64,000 nucleotides of DNA from Guillardia theta CCMP2712 (GCF_000315625.1 NW_005434665.1:198969-262968), one strand, 5' to 3'; counted from the first letter of the stretch, positions 21,501 through 35,409 are shown. Made by a program: numbers and translations. Notes: generated by a model not told the origin, from the letters alone.

Positions 21501-23749
21501 ATAAAGATGCGCGGCAATGGCTGGACATCGTTTGTAGTCTCGTGTACGAATCGAGCCAAGAAGCGTTGAGGACAGATGGCCAACAACCTGCTGTCAAGAC
21601 TCCAGGAGGAATGAGCGAACAAAGATTGTCATCGGCAGATCCTGAAGCAACTGAACATGAAATTCACTCATCCCCTCGAATGCTCGATGGCAAAATCAAG
21701 AGAGGACTAGCAATCATAGTGCACTTTGACAGTGGAGTGCAGGGATTCGACGAAGAATGCAAGAAAGTGCGATGCAATCTACAAGATGTTGGTTTTGACG
21801 TGTTGGAAGTGTTGAAACATGACAGCATTGATGAGATCGTATCCTTCTTGAAAAGGACTGCAGGAGGGTTTCATCACGGGGGGACCTACATGCGATGTGA
21901 TGCTCTCCTTGTTTATGTATGTGGGAGATCAGATGGTGAGAGTGTGCGCTGCGGGTACAAGACAACCAAGACAGCTCAGGTTGCCATTCAGAGGATCCTT
22001 GACATCTTTGAGGACTCCAAGGTGCCATCGTTGAAGGGAAGGCCGAAGATCTTTGTCTTGTCCTTGTGCTTTGACAAGCTGCCCCACCATCCAGCTCGAG
22101 GGAATGACACGGGTCCAGCTGAAGCAGGTGAGGTCGCTGTTGAGAACATTCTCAGGTCCTCGGTCACAGGGGGAACAGCTTCGATATGCGCGATCAAAGT
22201 TGACAACCCCCTGCTGCCTGCAAACCTGCGACAAGTCATGGCGAATGCTTTGCGGGATGAAAGAGAGCATGTCGACATGTACGCTCCGACTAGTCCTCGT
22301 TCGAGGTCGCAGCTGCTGAAGGGAGGTCTCCCCCACAAAGAGTTTGCTGCTCTCGTAGACCTCGGTGTCTGGCGCGACGATGTTTGCTTCTTCATCTTCT
22401 CCTCCGATTCTTCAAAGAGAACAGAGAAGCTCACAGTGAGAATCAGCTACTACTGCAATCACGACTGTACACCTACCGTGAATGATGTGCAGTGGAAGGA
22501 AGCCGTTGACTCTGTTGGCCGTTCTCGTTTCAAGTTGTCGGATGTTCTTGTGCAAGTCTCGTCGGAAGCTGCTGATCCCTGCCTTCTCGTACCTGTTGCT
22601 GTCGAGCCCTTCTCCTCCCGATACCTTCGATTCGAGTTCTCTTGCGAGGAAGAAGATGGAGACTTTAACTTCAGCCTCCGTCAGATCAGGGCGTATTGCA
22701 GGTCTTCCAACCTGTCCACCAGCGCCATCGAGCAACCAAGTCCTGTCCCTGCTCTATCTCTACCAGCTCTCTTGAATCACTCCAAGGCCCTTCTCTTTCC
22801 CAGAGCTCAAGTCCCTCAACAGGAGGAGACTCTGTCCACGGGTATTCAACTCCGATCTCCCCTCTCCTTGCTGTGTTACTCCATACCTTCAAGGACGCCC
22901 AGTCTCATCCCGCAATCGGGCAGCTTCTTCAGCGAAGCCCTTGTGAATGTTATCCGATCTGATCCCTACAAGTCAAGTCTGCAAGAGCTGCTGAGCCACC
23001 AACTCCAGCTACAGCTCAGCTGTCTGTGCCGTCAAGCCTTGAGGAACTACTCTGAGGAGGTGAGGGTCCTGCACAATCAATGTGACATCACCACCAGACG
23101 ACTGTTCTTGGACATGCTATACAGAGAAGGGACGCATACCAACAGCATCACGAGTCAACGAGACGTGTCTGTCTTGAACATGTCGCGGAGAAGCAGAGCG
23201 TTGTTAGCCGGGAACTGCCATGTCGCCTTCAACTCTCAGGAATGTGCGCGAGAGTTTTCGATCTCTGCGGACAGAAGCATTGCCAGGAAGCTACACGAGA
23301 CTTCGAGTCCAATCATCGCCAGCACCACTCGCTTGCCTTCCGACTGGCTTCATATCAAGATCACCTTTGAAATTCGAGCCTCGCCGCAACGACCCAGTAT
23401 AGGCAGGGAAATCAGACTAGGCTTGATGCGAGAGAGGCGCTTGGACCCTGACTTTCTCCACTCTTACAGTCTTGGCAGCGACGAAAACTCGTGGGCAGTC
23501 AGCTTGAGGTCCAGGGACGTCTTTCACTTGCACAACAACAACCATACGAGGTTGGCTGGTGTACATTTCAGTGATGCTGATCACATTTCTATCGTCCTGA
23601 ATCGACAGCATCAAACTGCCTCCTTCTCTCTCAACGACGCTCAGCAGCTTGTATGCTTTCAAGGTGTTGACGAGAGAGTTGTACCTTTAGTGTCGATATC
23701 TGCTCCTGCCGTCTGTGATGTCGCCATATTGCCATGTGAAGTTTGGTAA
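18523..23749 (+). CDS. Large multidomain protein: C2, PA (protease-associated), split caspase-like (C14) domain, SPRY/B30.2-like
   Basis: C2-like LVEIKSVENLPKVN..ANPFVVLEV..VRVMDW; PA-like LQGNIAL..AQSAGAKAVVF..IVSLRRRDGDQI; caspase-like RGLAIIV..GFDV..PSLKGRPKIFVLSLC and GSFFSEAL; SPRY-like LGSDENSWAV..DHISIVLN..VPLVSI. Linkage of the 5' exons to the final long exon is inferred. Confidence 0.7.
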
Positions 23750-24387
23750 AGACAACCCGGCCAGGGCCGCCAATGAACCTGCTGAGCTCTGCCAGTCGGG
23801 GGCACTTCTTGCTCACTGAGTCACTGGGCCGCCGGGCCTCAGCCTGCGGCGCGGGGCGGCCTGGCACCAAGACGACCCAAACGCGTTTCAAGGCGGCAAA
23901 GTAGTACAGAGACGAAGAGCAGGCCTTCCTAGCCGTCACTGGCTTGCTAAGGTCTTCTCATGTCTGGATGTTTGGGTTTTACATCCTAGCATAGAGTCTA
24001 TCTCTCACTAGTCATGTCCTCCGGGAGTCAGCCTGATTCTGGTTTCGTGTGCCGCGATTAAACTCGGTCTTGAGCCGCGGCACTTTCAAGTTGGCACACT
24101 ACAAGCCTTAGTGTAACAAACTTGTGCTCCGTCAGCATCCAGCGGTCATACTATCCTCAGGCATCCGGGAGTCCGGGCCCGGCGACCATAGCCGCTCCGG
24201 CCCGGGGCGGCCGCGGCCCGGCCCAAGTTACGTTGCCATGCAACTGAGAAGCTAAACAGCTTCTTTGAACTAAGTACCCCCATGTTCGTAATGACAGTGG
24301 ACAGTAGGGGTATTTTTAAGTACCCCTTGTATAGATAATTCAAAAGGGGGTAAGGGTAGTGTTTGGACAGGTGGCTGCTCCTCCGCC

Positions 24388-26167
24388 ATGTTCAGGAATC
24401 AGTACGATACCGGTAAGTGAAGGTGCGGGAGAGTGACGGAGGATGAAGAACAGGAGGGAAAGAGAGGAAGGAGAGTCTTTCACGAGCGGGTGAAGTCAAG
24501 ATGGCGAGAAAGAAAGAACAGGTCAGAGGGCGAGGGACAGAGAGGAAGGCAAGAGAAGTACAAGTGCTGGAAGCATAAACGGAATTGTTGGAGTACAACA
24601 GACTGCGAAGAATATTTGCGAAGGTTGAGAGGATACCGAGATAAAAAGATTATGTGCAAGACATCAAAAGGGCACATTGAATCCCTGACAGGGAAAGGAG
24701 GGAAGGGAGACTAGAATTTAGTGTATCAGAGGAACTCTTCATTGAGGGCGTTGAGTGTAGTGAATCATTATTTTCTACGAGTTTTCGATTGTCAAGGGTG
24801 TCAAGGCCCATGATTTGGTGACAAAATGCTCGTTTTGACGAGCTTTCTCTTCATAGATGTCACTACATGGTCGCCTCAGGGTCGCATACACCAGGTCTGT
24901 TCACTAGACTTTTAGTTGCTTTCTCATGTTTGCGAAGGTGGAGTACGCTATGGAAGCCGTCAAGCAGGGATCCGCATGTGTTGGAGTGAAATCCAAGACA
25001 CATGCTGTCTTGACAGCATTGAAACGCTCAACGAATGATATGTCTAGTTATCAGAAGAAAATTTTCAAGGTAAGCATGCCACCGTACTGTTGGTAGGCAC
25101 AATATTGCTAGATGCATGATACTTGATTTTCAAATGCCTTAGAATCTGAAGGACTATCTGCATGTTGTTAGTGGTGACTTTGCGTCACATCACAGGTTGA
25201 CGAGCACATGGGGATTGCTATTTCGGGCCTCACTGCTGATGCACGATCTCTTTGCATGTACATGCGAACAGAATGCTTGCAGGTAGGACCGCATTATGAT
25301 GGAGGAGGAATGGTTAACTTTGAGTAGCACAAGTATGTGTACGAGTCTCCAGTCCCTGTTCAGCGCCTTGTCATTGATATTGCCGACAAATGCCAGGTAA
25401 GATGCAATGACGACAAAATAACGGCTTTCCGTGCTGACAAATCAACGTCAGGGTTGCACCCAGAGTGCGTCTGCCAGGCCTTATGGCGTGGGCTTGCTGG
25501 TTCGATGATCACAGACAAATGTTTTTGGTGTAAAATGATGTCCGCAGGTGGCCGGAATGGATCAGACTGGACCACATGTTTACTACAATTGCCCTTCTGG
25601 AAACTACTACGAATACAAAGCAATGACAATTGGTGCTCGTTCACAGGTTTGCTTGTGATCAAATGCCACGCAATTCTGATAGGTTGGAAGGCCGCAAAAA
25701 CCTACCTCGAAAAGCATTTTGCTTCATTTGAAAACTTAGAGCTCAAGGACCTAGTTAGTTTTTGTTTTAGTGTTTTGCTGTTTGGTAATGAGCGCACAGG
25801 TGAAACATGCACTTACTGCTCTGAAAGAGACCTCCCAAAATGGCGACATTAATGCCAAGAATGCATCCGTTGCTATTGTTGGTATGAAGTTGAATCCACC
25901 AATTTTCTGAATCTTGTTGTCTGTCTTTCTTGCTTGTTTGGAATCGACTTTGTCGTTGATCTGCTTTAATGTGACTTGCTGAGACTTAACGCAGGTATCG
26001 ACCATCCATTCACGACGTATGATGAGGAGAACGTGCAGCAGGTGAGATTACATCAAGTTTGTTTTGTTTCTTAACGTGGACGTTTTCAGTTCATTGATTT
26101 GCTGGACAAGGATGAGATTTCCGAAGGAGCCACCAAGACAGAGACAGATACAGCTATGCAGGAGTGA
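24388..26167 (+). CDS. PSMA1: 20S proteasome subunit alpha-6 (alpha type 1)
   Basis: [69 protein letters not shown]. Confidence 0.95.
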
Positions 26168-26439
26168 GCACGGGAGATGCAATGCAAATCTCTTTAGTTT
26201 TCCATTATTTTCGCATTTATGGGATCTATAAGTCGTCATGGCTTGTCGAGGGATTTCTAAGGGGCATAAGCAATGGAATGGCTTCTTGGATGTTGCAAGT
26301 GGAAAATAGGTGATTGATTGTGCGGTCAACTTTTGAATGAAGTGTTCTGGTGTAAGAACCAAGAAAATTCGATATTTGTGTGTGCTTAGCCCAATGTATT
26401 TCAGTTCTTCCGTACATGTCGTTCTTCATTTTCTCAGTC

Positions 26440-28068
26440 TTATCCATGAGAAGGGATAACGTGGAAGAAATGAAAGACTTCATCCTCATCCATTACGCCG
26501 ATCTCAGCCTGCTCAAAGTGTGAGAGGAGGGGGGGATTGCAAGCATAGACCGCGGCTCACCGAACATGTCTTGCAGCGAACGGGATGTACGTAGGAATCT
26601 GGAAGTCCTTTCTTGTCCTTGATCCGCAACCGTTCACCCTTCACCACCTTTTCGATATATTTGAATGATAGAAAAGTTTGCTGAAATGAAATTACCTCGC
26701 AATTCTGAACAAACATGGCACGAAACTGATGCTTGAAACTGACCAACAACATGAGCTTAGGGGAAAAAGATGTTGTTATCACCGGATGTGTTGCTGGCAA
26801 TCCAGACAGACGATGTTGAAGCATGCTGGGCAGCTCAAGATGGCATCAGTCTTTGTCTGTGGGCCTTTGATAGCATCTCCACTCCCAACAAACCTAGAAA
26901 CAGCATAACGAACTTGCTTTTACAACCAGAAAATACCCGTCAGGCTTGATCCATGTGGTTTCGTTGGTCCTCTCATTATGGTAGTATTCGTGTCCCGTTG
27001 GCGCAACGTAAGCCTTCCACTCCGATGCATCGGACGGCTGTGCCGGTGGTTGATCTGCAGCAAAGGAAGATACTTGGTGAGTATTTGATACTTCCAAGGG
27101 GAACCATCAACTCTGACCAGGTGCTTGCTGGTCGTCCTTGGGTGTTCTCTTTGACGAGGGAGCTTTAGGATGTTTCTTGGACCTTACAATTTTATCTCAG
27201 AATAACATGTAGACAACGGATTGAAGCAACTTGAACTCCGGATTATGTCTTCGTCGACGATTATCAACGAACATTTGATCGAAATCATCCTGCAAAGAAG
27301 CATGATTGACGCGGTTGCCGGCCACAAGTTTCAAAACTCACCATGTCGGGATCATACCATTCCTCTTCTCCTTCTCCTACAGCTCCGAGAAGCTCTTCAT
27401 CATCTTCTTCACTATCCTCATCGTACCCCTTTGAATCCCCGTTGTCATCGAAATCAACCTGAGCCGCGTTAGTCGCCTTGGCACTGTGAGCAGAGAAACA
27501 CCTGCGAGAATTTCTTCCTAGACTTGGCCTCCGTGTCGTTGCAGCTTGCGGAGGCTGAGGGCGTAGACGATTTCTTCTTGTCTCGGCGCGGGATAGTTTC
27601 ATCTCCCATCTGAATGTCACCCTGCATCGCTTCTCACTACCCCACAAGCGATCAAGTTCTTCTCACATCGTCCTTCACCGTCATTCTCTCCAAGTTCCTT
27701 CCAACATGATGGCCTCCCTGTTCATCCCCCGGCGGATCTTCTTCTGACATCGAATGTGTCACGAGGAAGCAGCGAGGATAGTCGACTGACCCCCTATCAC
27801 GTTGCCGGAAGATGCTGATGAGACCGACGACTTCTCGTCGTCTGACGAGTCCTCGTCGTTGTATTGCACTCTGAGATTGTATCACGGCTTAATTCGTGCA
27901 AGGGACGCAGCACCGATGGTGAGCCTTCTTCCGATCAGGGACGATGTTGGTGAACTCGGGGATTTCAAGACCGTCTCGTGGGGTATTATTGACAGACAAC
28001 GATGCGCAACCAGCACTCACCTCTCGAGTCTCCCTGCTCGTTGCTAGACTTCTGATTGGAATCATCCA
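26440..28068 (-). CDS. E2F-associated phosphoprotein (EAPP)-like protein containing a WW domain; 5' end uncertain
   Basis: TDAILSCPACFNIVCLDCQQH, QFRAMFVQNC, PVRCKTC, EIGVMDEDEVFHFFHVIPS. WW domain: WKAYVAPTGHEYYHNERTNETTWIKP. Confidence 0.75.
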
Positions 28069-28902
28069 TTGGGCAACGTCTCGTTGCTGCTACATGTTGC
28101 AGTGAGCATACAAGTTTTCTTCCTCAGATCCAACAAAAACCCTCAGGAGCGTGAACTATTCTCCTTGCCAACTTTGCCTCCTTCCTCCCTTGCCCCCCCA
28201 CTTGCCCCACCTTGCCCCTCCTGCCCCCCCCTGCCCGTCATGCCTCTCAACCTCTCCTCATCCTCCTCCCCATCTCGCCATCACCCTCGAATCGCATCCC
28301 ACTCCTTGTGCATGTCACAGTGTTGTAGGTTCACACGGGAACAGGCTCGAGGGTGGGGTAGTGTACCTCCACCTGCCTTTTCGAGATACTTTGACAGGGG
28401 CAAGACGGGTCATTTGAAGGTGGTCGCAGTGAGGGGGGTGGGGGTGAACAAGTTTGATGCAGATCGGGATGACAAAGTTGTGTAGGCGACGGGAGGAGGG
28501 GAGAGGAGGGGAGAGGAGGGGAGAGGAGGGGAGAGGAGGGGAGAGGAGGGGAGAGGAGAGGATGAGGTAGGAGGATATCGACAGGAGAGTGCAGAAGAGT
28601 TAGAAATGGTGAAATGTGGCGAGACAAGATGAATGACGACATCTCACCCAACAAGCCACAAGGAAAGACAAATTCAGATAGTGCAAGAGGAAACTAGGTG
28701 AGAAGATGTGATTATGATCAGTAGAGTCACGGTCAAATGGAACTATGAGCATCAGACGCAAAAGGTCAACAGATGTGAACATCTTGCTTTCGATTCTTTG
28801 TGAAATGTTACAGGAGCTTAACCATGGTTTATACGATGATGTTCTCATGTTTATGGCATTTTCAGGCAACTTTACCAAGAAGCAGGTCAACAAGTGGGAC
28901 CA

Positions 28903-31700
28903 ATGGCTGCCTGGACTTGGGCTTTTGCCCTTGTCTCATGTCTGGCGTTGCAATCCAATGCGATAAATCAAAGAATGTACGCTTTGCTCTTCTTTGATAA
29001 ATGTTTGCCAACTGTTTTCAATGTTTGCAGGTTCGATTCTGATAAGCGCAATGAATTGATCGTTCCTTCTTCATCGCTAAATGCAACGCACACAGATTAT
29101 CGTTTTTTGACGACAGGGCCGTGTACCATCAATGAAGTAAACAACTTCAACTCTATTTGTTTTGTTTGTCGTGCTTACCCGCCTGTTGCGAACTAGAACG
29201 CGATTTATCATTACGGATCCACGCTCTCAGCCTCGTCTACGGTTCAGATATTTGTTTCCCTCACTCATGTTTTGAAGCTCTTTTCAGATAATGGCTGTTG
29301 GAGGGTCAGAGGGTCGTGCCGATGTACAGTGTATAGTAGAAGCCTGCGAATTCCTTCCCGATCTACAGGTAACACACACTGAATTGATTCTTTACAATGA
29401 GCGAACTTGGGACAGTTTTCATGGAATCGGTTATACTTGAATTCCTCCTCAAGACGACACACCCAAAAGAAGAGTTCCAAACGGCAGGTCAAAGTGCACA
29501 GCTCTGACTACAACGATCAGTATAGCTACCCTTCATGTATGCGGAATGGATGGGAACCGCAGGCAGGCGACGTTGTGAGAGTTGCAGTCTACATGAACAC
29601 TGTTGCATTTGCTTCCTCCGGGTGTGTTGAGATTCATGAGGTTGAGGGAAGCTCATCATGGAAGCACATAGCTTCACTCCCAAGATCGTTGAATGTCAGC
29701 AAGACCAACCAATATTCTTCTCGAGTCGTTTTGAACGAAGTCATTCGCCCTGAGTTTTTTGCCAGCACCATTGCAATGCACGATGGTGTCCTGCTTGCTA
29801 CCGCTATTCTTGGATCTTCGCCGCAACCTGTTGTGGTTGCTTTCTCAAGGCTCGGGGCTTCTTGGGAGCAGGTCGACGTCATCACGTGCGAAGGATGTGA
29901 ATGCAGATATGGCGATTATTGCTTCGGAAGCTCTCTGGCTGTTCACAATACCATGGCTGTTGTGGGATTTCCGCTGAATCAAAGGTACTTGCGTTTGTTG
30001 TGAACTCCATGTATGTGACTAGATCCTAGCGTTCTGATCTACGAGCGGAGAGTGATTCCTTCCACGGATCTAGAAATACATTGGTTGCTCAAGAGTGTTT
30101 TGACCGCTTCACCCGATGATGGCCTATCGAACAATTTTTTCGGAGCCTCGATCGCCATGTCTGGAATGTTCCTCGTTGTGGGCTTTCCGTCCACATTCGA
30201 TTCAGGAGCCAAAATTTTCTCTCTGTATGGCAACCAATCGTCAAGGTTTCCATTTGCTGCTCAGATTTTTGACAGTAGAGATCATTGCTGCTCAATTGGT
30301 CTTCCATGTTGTTACTCGGCTTTTGTTGGGGTCTCAGTCGATGCATCAGAATCTCCTCATGTTGGCTACAGCAAGATCAGCACTATCGCCATTGGCGATC
30401 CTCAGAGTTCGCAGGTGCATGTCCTGACCTGCGACGGACGCTTGCTTGAAGACGGTCTAAGTGACCCCTGCGACGTGACAGCAACAGTCCTCCCTGGCTA
30501 TCAACGGGACGACGATAGGGGAAGGGATGGGTTCGGTGCTCAGACTGCGATAGGTGGCGAACAAGCCATCCTTGTCGCCGATGCCAATCAAGGCTGTGAA
30601 GATCAAGCTTGGGACAGCGGCTGTGGCACCGTTTGCGAAGTCACTTCATGCTCCCCGGGACATTGCCTCATGTATGACTTCTCGACGGATACAGACTTTT
30701 GCCAAAAGTGTAGCTCACCAGAAAGCTGTCCCGGAGGCATCAAGAGCTGCACACAAGGTCAAAGTGGGACGATATGGGCGATGATCATGTCAACCACCTT
30801 CTTCTTCATTCTCTTCTGTTGTTTGTACGGCTTGAGTGCGTGGGCGCGAGGAGCGTCTATCTTCGATGTAGTCAACGAGATCTGCTGCTGCGGCCTGTTG
30901 TCCTATTTCTACGACTTCGACGTGGTGCGAAGGAATTTGGGCGAAGAGCCGCTTCTGGGATCGTCAAATCAGCAGCATGCAGAGTCGTCGGATGATTCAG
31001 ACGGTGAAGGTTATATACCTCCGTCTGTTCGACAAGCTTTCAGGCCCAGACCGGAGCCTCAGGCTCCAGCATCTGATACTCCCGCTGCAAGCTCTGAGGG
31101 AAGTGAGTCCCAGGAGGCGGCAGCGACGGAAGAAGAGAAAGAAGGAGGGAGCGAGGAAGCTGATGGTAGCAGAGAAGGCTCGGAACCCGTGAACCCGCCA
31201 GGGGAAGAAGCGATGCCGGCAGAAGAACAATGTGACATTCACATGGGAGACCAAGGTGACATCATGGATGCTGAGGGCCAAGAACAAAGGCATGGCGCGA
31301 GCAGGACAGGAAGCGAAGGTTTTCAGTCACTGCTCAATGTCTTGATGGATGAGGCTTTTGGCAGGTGATGTGCCCAAGGAAGTCGGCGTTAGCATCTCCT
31401 ACTTCTCGTGTAAAGTCTGCTTCGACCGCAGAATCCAGGTGCTCAAAGTCAGCTCAGGCTCCTGCCGAGCTCTGATGGATCTCACAGACGGTCCTGATCC
31501 CCTGCGGCCATGAGGCTCTCTGCAAGAAGTGTTCCAAGAAAATCAAGGTAACATCTAGGCATTGTTCGAGCATGAGCGAGTGGAGGTCGTTTCATCCCTA
31601 AAATCATTTCTTGCACCAGGTGTGTCCCATCTGTCGGAAGGAGGTCAAGAAGGTACAAGTTGTGATCAGCGTGTGTGATGATGACGAGGAGGAGGTCTAG
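28903..31700 (+). CDS. Type I membrane protein: signal peptide, FG-GAP-like/Cys-rich ectodomain, TM helix, acidic linker, C-terminal RING-HC
   Basis: MAAWTWAFALVSCLALQSNA signal; FGSSLAV, FGASIAM, FGAQTAI repeats; TM IWAMIMSTTFFFILFCCLYGL; spliced CKVCFDRRIQTVLIPCGHEALCKKC..CPICR. Confidence 0.8.
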
Positions 31701-32081
31701 TGAAAATTACCGTTGTCTTTGATTCCTTCAAACTGCTATTATAGATAAATCATATTACATGACACCCGCGCCCCTGCGATCCGAGGGCCCGTGCCATGTT
31801 TAGGCTTGCCAGTTTGAGTCCGGCGAGACTCTAGTTGTTCACTCACAAAGTTCGCTGGTGTCTCAGCCTCCGCCATGATCGTGGCCGGGCCCGGATGAGC
31901 TCCCCGCCGGGCCGGGGCCCGGGCCGCGCGGAGTCGACATGGGCGTTACACTGCATCTCGCAAATCCCGCCTCAACACGAGGCGTAACGGTAGGAATGCA
32001 GGAATGGAGTAGATGCAAGGAGACAGAAGGGGGTGAGGAAGGGAGAGGAGGGAGTAGGCACAAGTGAGACAAGTCGGAGAG

Positions 32082-35000
32082 ATGAGTCGAGGGACGGGCA
32101 TGGCAGAGACGAGCGATGCGTGATAAGACAACTCTCGTGCGGACACTTGGAGAGCGGCAAACGAATGTCGTACCATCATGACGGAAGACGTCCAAGCGTC
32201 GATCGAGTCCGAATCGTCTATCGCAAGGTGTGACATGTTGCATGGCGGTTTTCACCCCGCATGAAACGTTCTTGTGTGCAAGAATTTGGTGCATGATCCC
32301 CGGCTGGAAGCAACGGAAGATATCAGGACATTTTCTGATTTCCAAGTCAAGAAGCTCTCGAAGCAAAAGAAGGTTCTTTGCGTTCCTGATGAGTTGTACA
32401 TGGCAATGAAGTTGAATCGCAGTTGGCTATCAAGGATCTTCCTTCAGGAACCATCAGTGTCTCCTTTGGAACAGTGAGCTCTTGCTTTCTTTACGATTTC
32501 ACAGAGTCTCACCTTGTGAAAGTTGAACCTGAGAGAGAGACGAATTACTTCTCTCGATGGCTTGAGATCATTTCAGCATGTTCATACTATCTTCTTACAG
32601 GCAGAATGCAACATGTTTGTCACCCTCACTGAACTGACTTGATCGCAGGACAACGCACTGCAAAATTTAGAATATCTCGCTGAGCAGCCCACGTTGACCT
32701 GCTTGAATCTGGAGAGAAATTTGATAGATTCCTTCCTTGGAACGAAGAGACAACCGAAAATCAATGAGGCATAACGAACCTGGACAACATAGATGGCATG
32801 GGTGACGATGAAGCAGGTGTGGTTGGACGGCAACCCGATCAGCAACGAAGATCTCTGCAGTGTCATGTGCTGCTTGAGTTTGAACCCGAGCCTGAAGAAG
32901 GTGAGCAGGATGCCTGATGAGTCTTGTGTGATGGCTGCTACAGGTCAACGGCAAAGTCATCTCCAAGCAAGAACGAGAGCTCATTCATCTCCTCGATCGC
33001 CCGGCTCTTAGAATCGCCCTGGAGCAGGTGCAGCCCGGGGCCCCACGTCTCATCGTCGAGTTGACCGACGCTGCTCAGGGTTGGATCCTTACGACAGACG
33101 CACATCATCACGAATGCGAAGTCAATCTTCCAGTCGAAGAGTTCTTCTTCAGGCTTGAGCCGGCGATTGAGAATGTAAGACCATGACACGCGATTCTACA
33201 AGTGACGAGCGGTTTGAAGGTGTCTGAGAGTGAAAATCAGCTGCCCACGGACTTTGACATTCACTTCCACCTGAAACGGAGTTATGAGATGCTTGCTGAT
33301 CTCAGGGTGTCAAGATCTCCCAGGATCCCCAGGAGAGAGACAAGTCAGTCGTCAGACGTCAAGCCCAAGGCAGAGGCTTCACACGTGTCTATGACTACAC
33401 ATAAGAAGCCGGGGCCTCGAAACCCTTGGCGGATCACCAACGTCAACACTCACAACAAGTTGTCTTTGACGGCTCATACTCCTACCGCACAGCCGCTGCA
33501 TGCGAGAAGGGAAAGGAAGAGCTTTCCATGTGCCTTCAATCCTTGCCTATGATGTGTCAAGTGACGTTAATCTCAGTATACGAGAAACCATCCAAGCACG
33601 AAGACTCGAGTGAAAAAGCTCCTAGGCAGAGGTATCTGTTGGAGGCGCCTCGTGTCAAGACCTTGCACGGCAAGTGCTGTTTCTTTGTTCTCGACTCGAG
33701 CACTGGTATGATGGGATGCTGATCAGATCAGCTCGACATCTCTCCGAGGCGAACCAACGAGATCTTGGACTGGAAGTTGTCAAGCCTCGACTTCGAAACG
33801 CCGAGGAACCTGACGGAGGGGCAAGCTGCCTCGGAGAGCAACGAGGTGAGGTCGCGGCCACAGGTACAAGGGGACGAGGAGGTAGCAGACGTGCTGACGT
33901 GTGACAGAGCGGGGGAGAGAAGTTGAAGACGCGAGACGAGTCGAGGGTGTTGGAAGAGTCAGGGCAAGATGACTCCATCGTTGAGATGCTGAGAGATATT
34001 CGGAAAGCTTCAACTGCTTTTGAATCTGCACAGAACATTCTTCTAAATGACGACAGTTACAAAGACGAGCTACACGTCGTGCAGTCGCATACAAACGGTT
34101 TTGCCCTGATCTTGTTGCTCATGTGTGAGTTTCTGCCTGCAGCAGTGTCGCCGAAACAGAAGCAAGACGCGAGCAAAAGTTTATTCGTGCAGTCTCACAA
34201 GACCGTCTTCGGTCAGATCGCCATGACCAACTTGCACGTCACATTCACAGGTGGCAAGATTTGACTGACCCGAGCGACGTTGAAACTTCTTGTCAGATTG
34301 GAAATTCATCGCGAGGGCTCGTAAGATCTCGAGGCTCTCGGCCTGGAAAGATCAAAACGCTGACTTGCGCTGCCCAAAGTGGCTCAACTCAATACTGCAC
34401 GATGCGCTCCCGATGTATCAGGATGTGATGACGGCCAGGTGACTTTGCAGTCTTCTCATTGTTACCCCCGTCATTTGAGCTCAGGATCCTTGACAACATC
34501 TTTCGGACTTGGCTGCTGAACGTGACTTCCGTTCTTTGCAACCGAAAGCTGTCAGATCACCTCAAAGTGAAGTCGTTGAGAAGTCACATGTTCCGATGGA
34601 AGCTCAGCTGCACCATCAAGAGCCAGAGGGCCAACACCACGTCTCATCATCAGCTCTGTAACTTCTCTGCGCTCTCTCGGGCCGTTGAGCGGTAGAATTC
34701 TGCTTCCCCTGTGTGGGTCTCCATGACGTGAGGGACAGGTTGAGGGATGACCTGGCTGGTGACTCGCCTTCAGCCTGCTCTGTAGCGCAAGAGAAGGTGG
34801 TCCAGACTTACCGGGTGGCGAGGCGAAGGATGTGCTGTGCGCCCAAGAGCAGCCTGTGGTCCTCCTTGGCGAGCCTGCAGGACTCCATCAAACTGAGTGC
34901 GACCTTCCGGTCATGGAGGGAGTGTACCAAGGACAGCAAGATCATCATGCTGACCCAGAGGGTGTCTGACATCGAGGATCGCATCCAAAATTTCGCCGAG

Positions 35001-35325
35001 CGAGAGCAAGCTGCGAGGTACTGGAAGCGCTGGAGCTCGTGTTCTTGTTGTGACCAGGACTGCTCAGAGAGGCGAACAGCTTGTGGGATCGAAAGACTCT
35101 GAAGATGCTGGTGAGGACAAGGCGACCATTCCTCTCTTGCTTCCCTTCCACTCCGCGTCCTGCTGTCTGACTCAACCTGATCAGGTTCGCGTCAAGTTCA
35201 TCAACTCGAGCTCGAGGATCGATAACGCGACGATGGAGCAGTTTGTTGACTTGCTCATGCTGGTGACCGGGTGTAGCGACCGAGAAGCTCGTGCGGAAGA
35301 GGCGAAACAAGAGAATAATGTTTGA
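32082..35325 (+). CDS. Hypothetical multi-exon protein with short LRR region and coiled coils
   Basis: LEYLAEQPTLTCLNLERNLIDSF, QVWLDGNPIS LRR-like exons and many short introns. Could be more than one gene. Confidence 0.5.
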
Positions 35326-35409
35326 ATAAATCTTTACTACCTAGATGAATTTTCAACGTTCTTCCATGACCGTCTTGTGGTACGCAACTTCGAGTCTCTT
35401 TCCATACCA

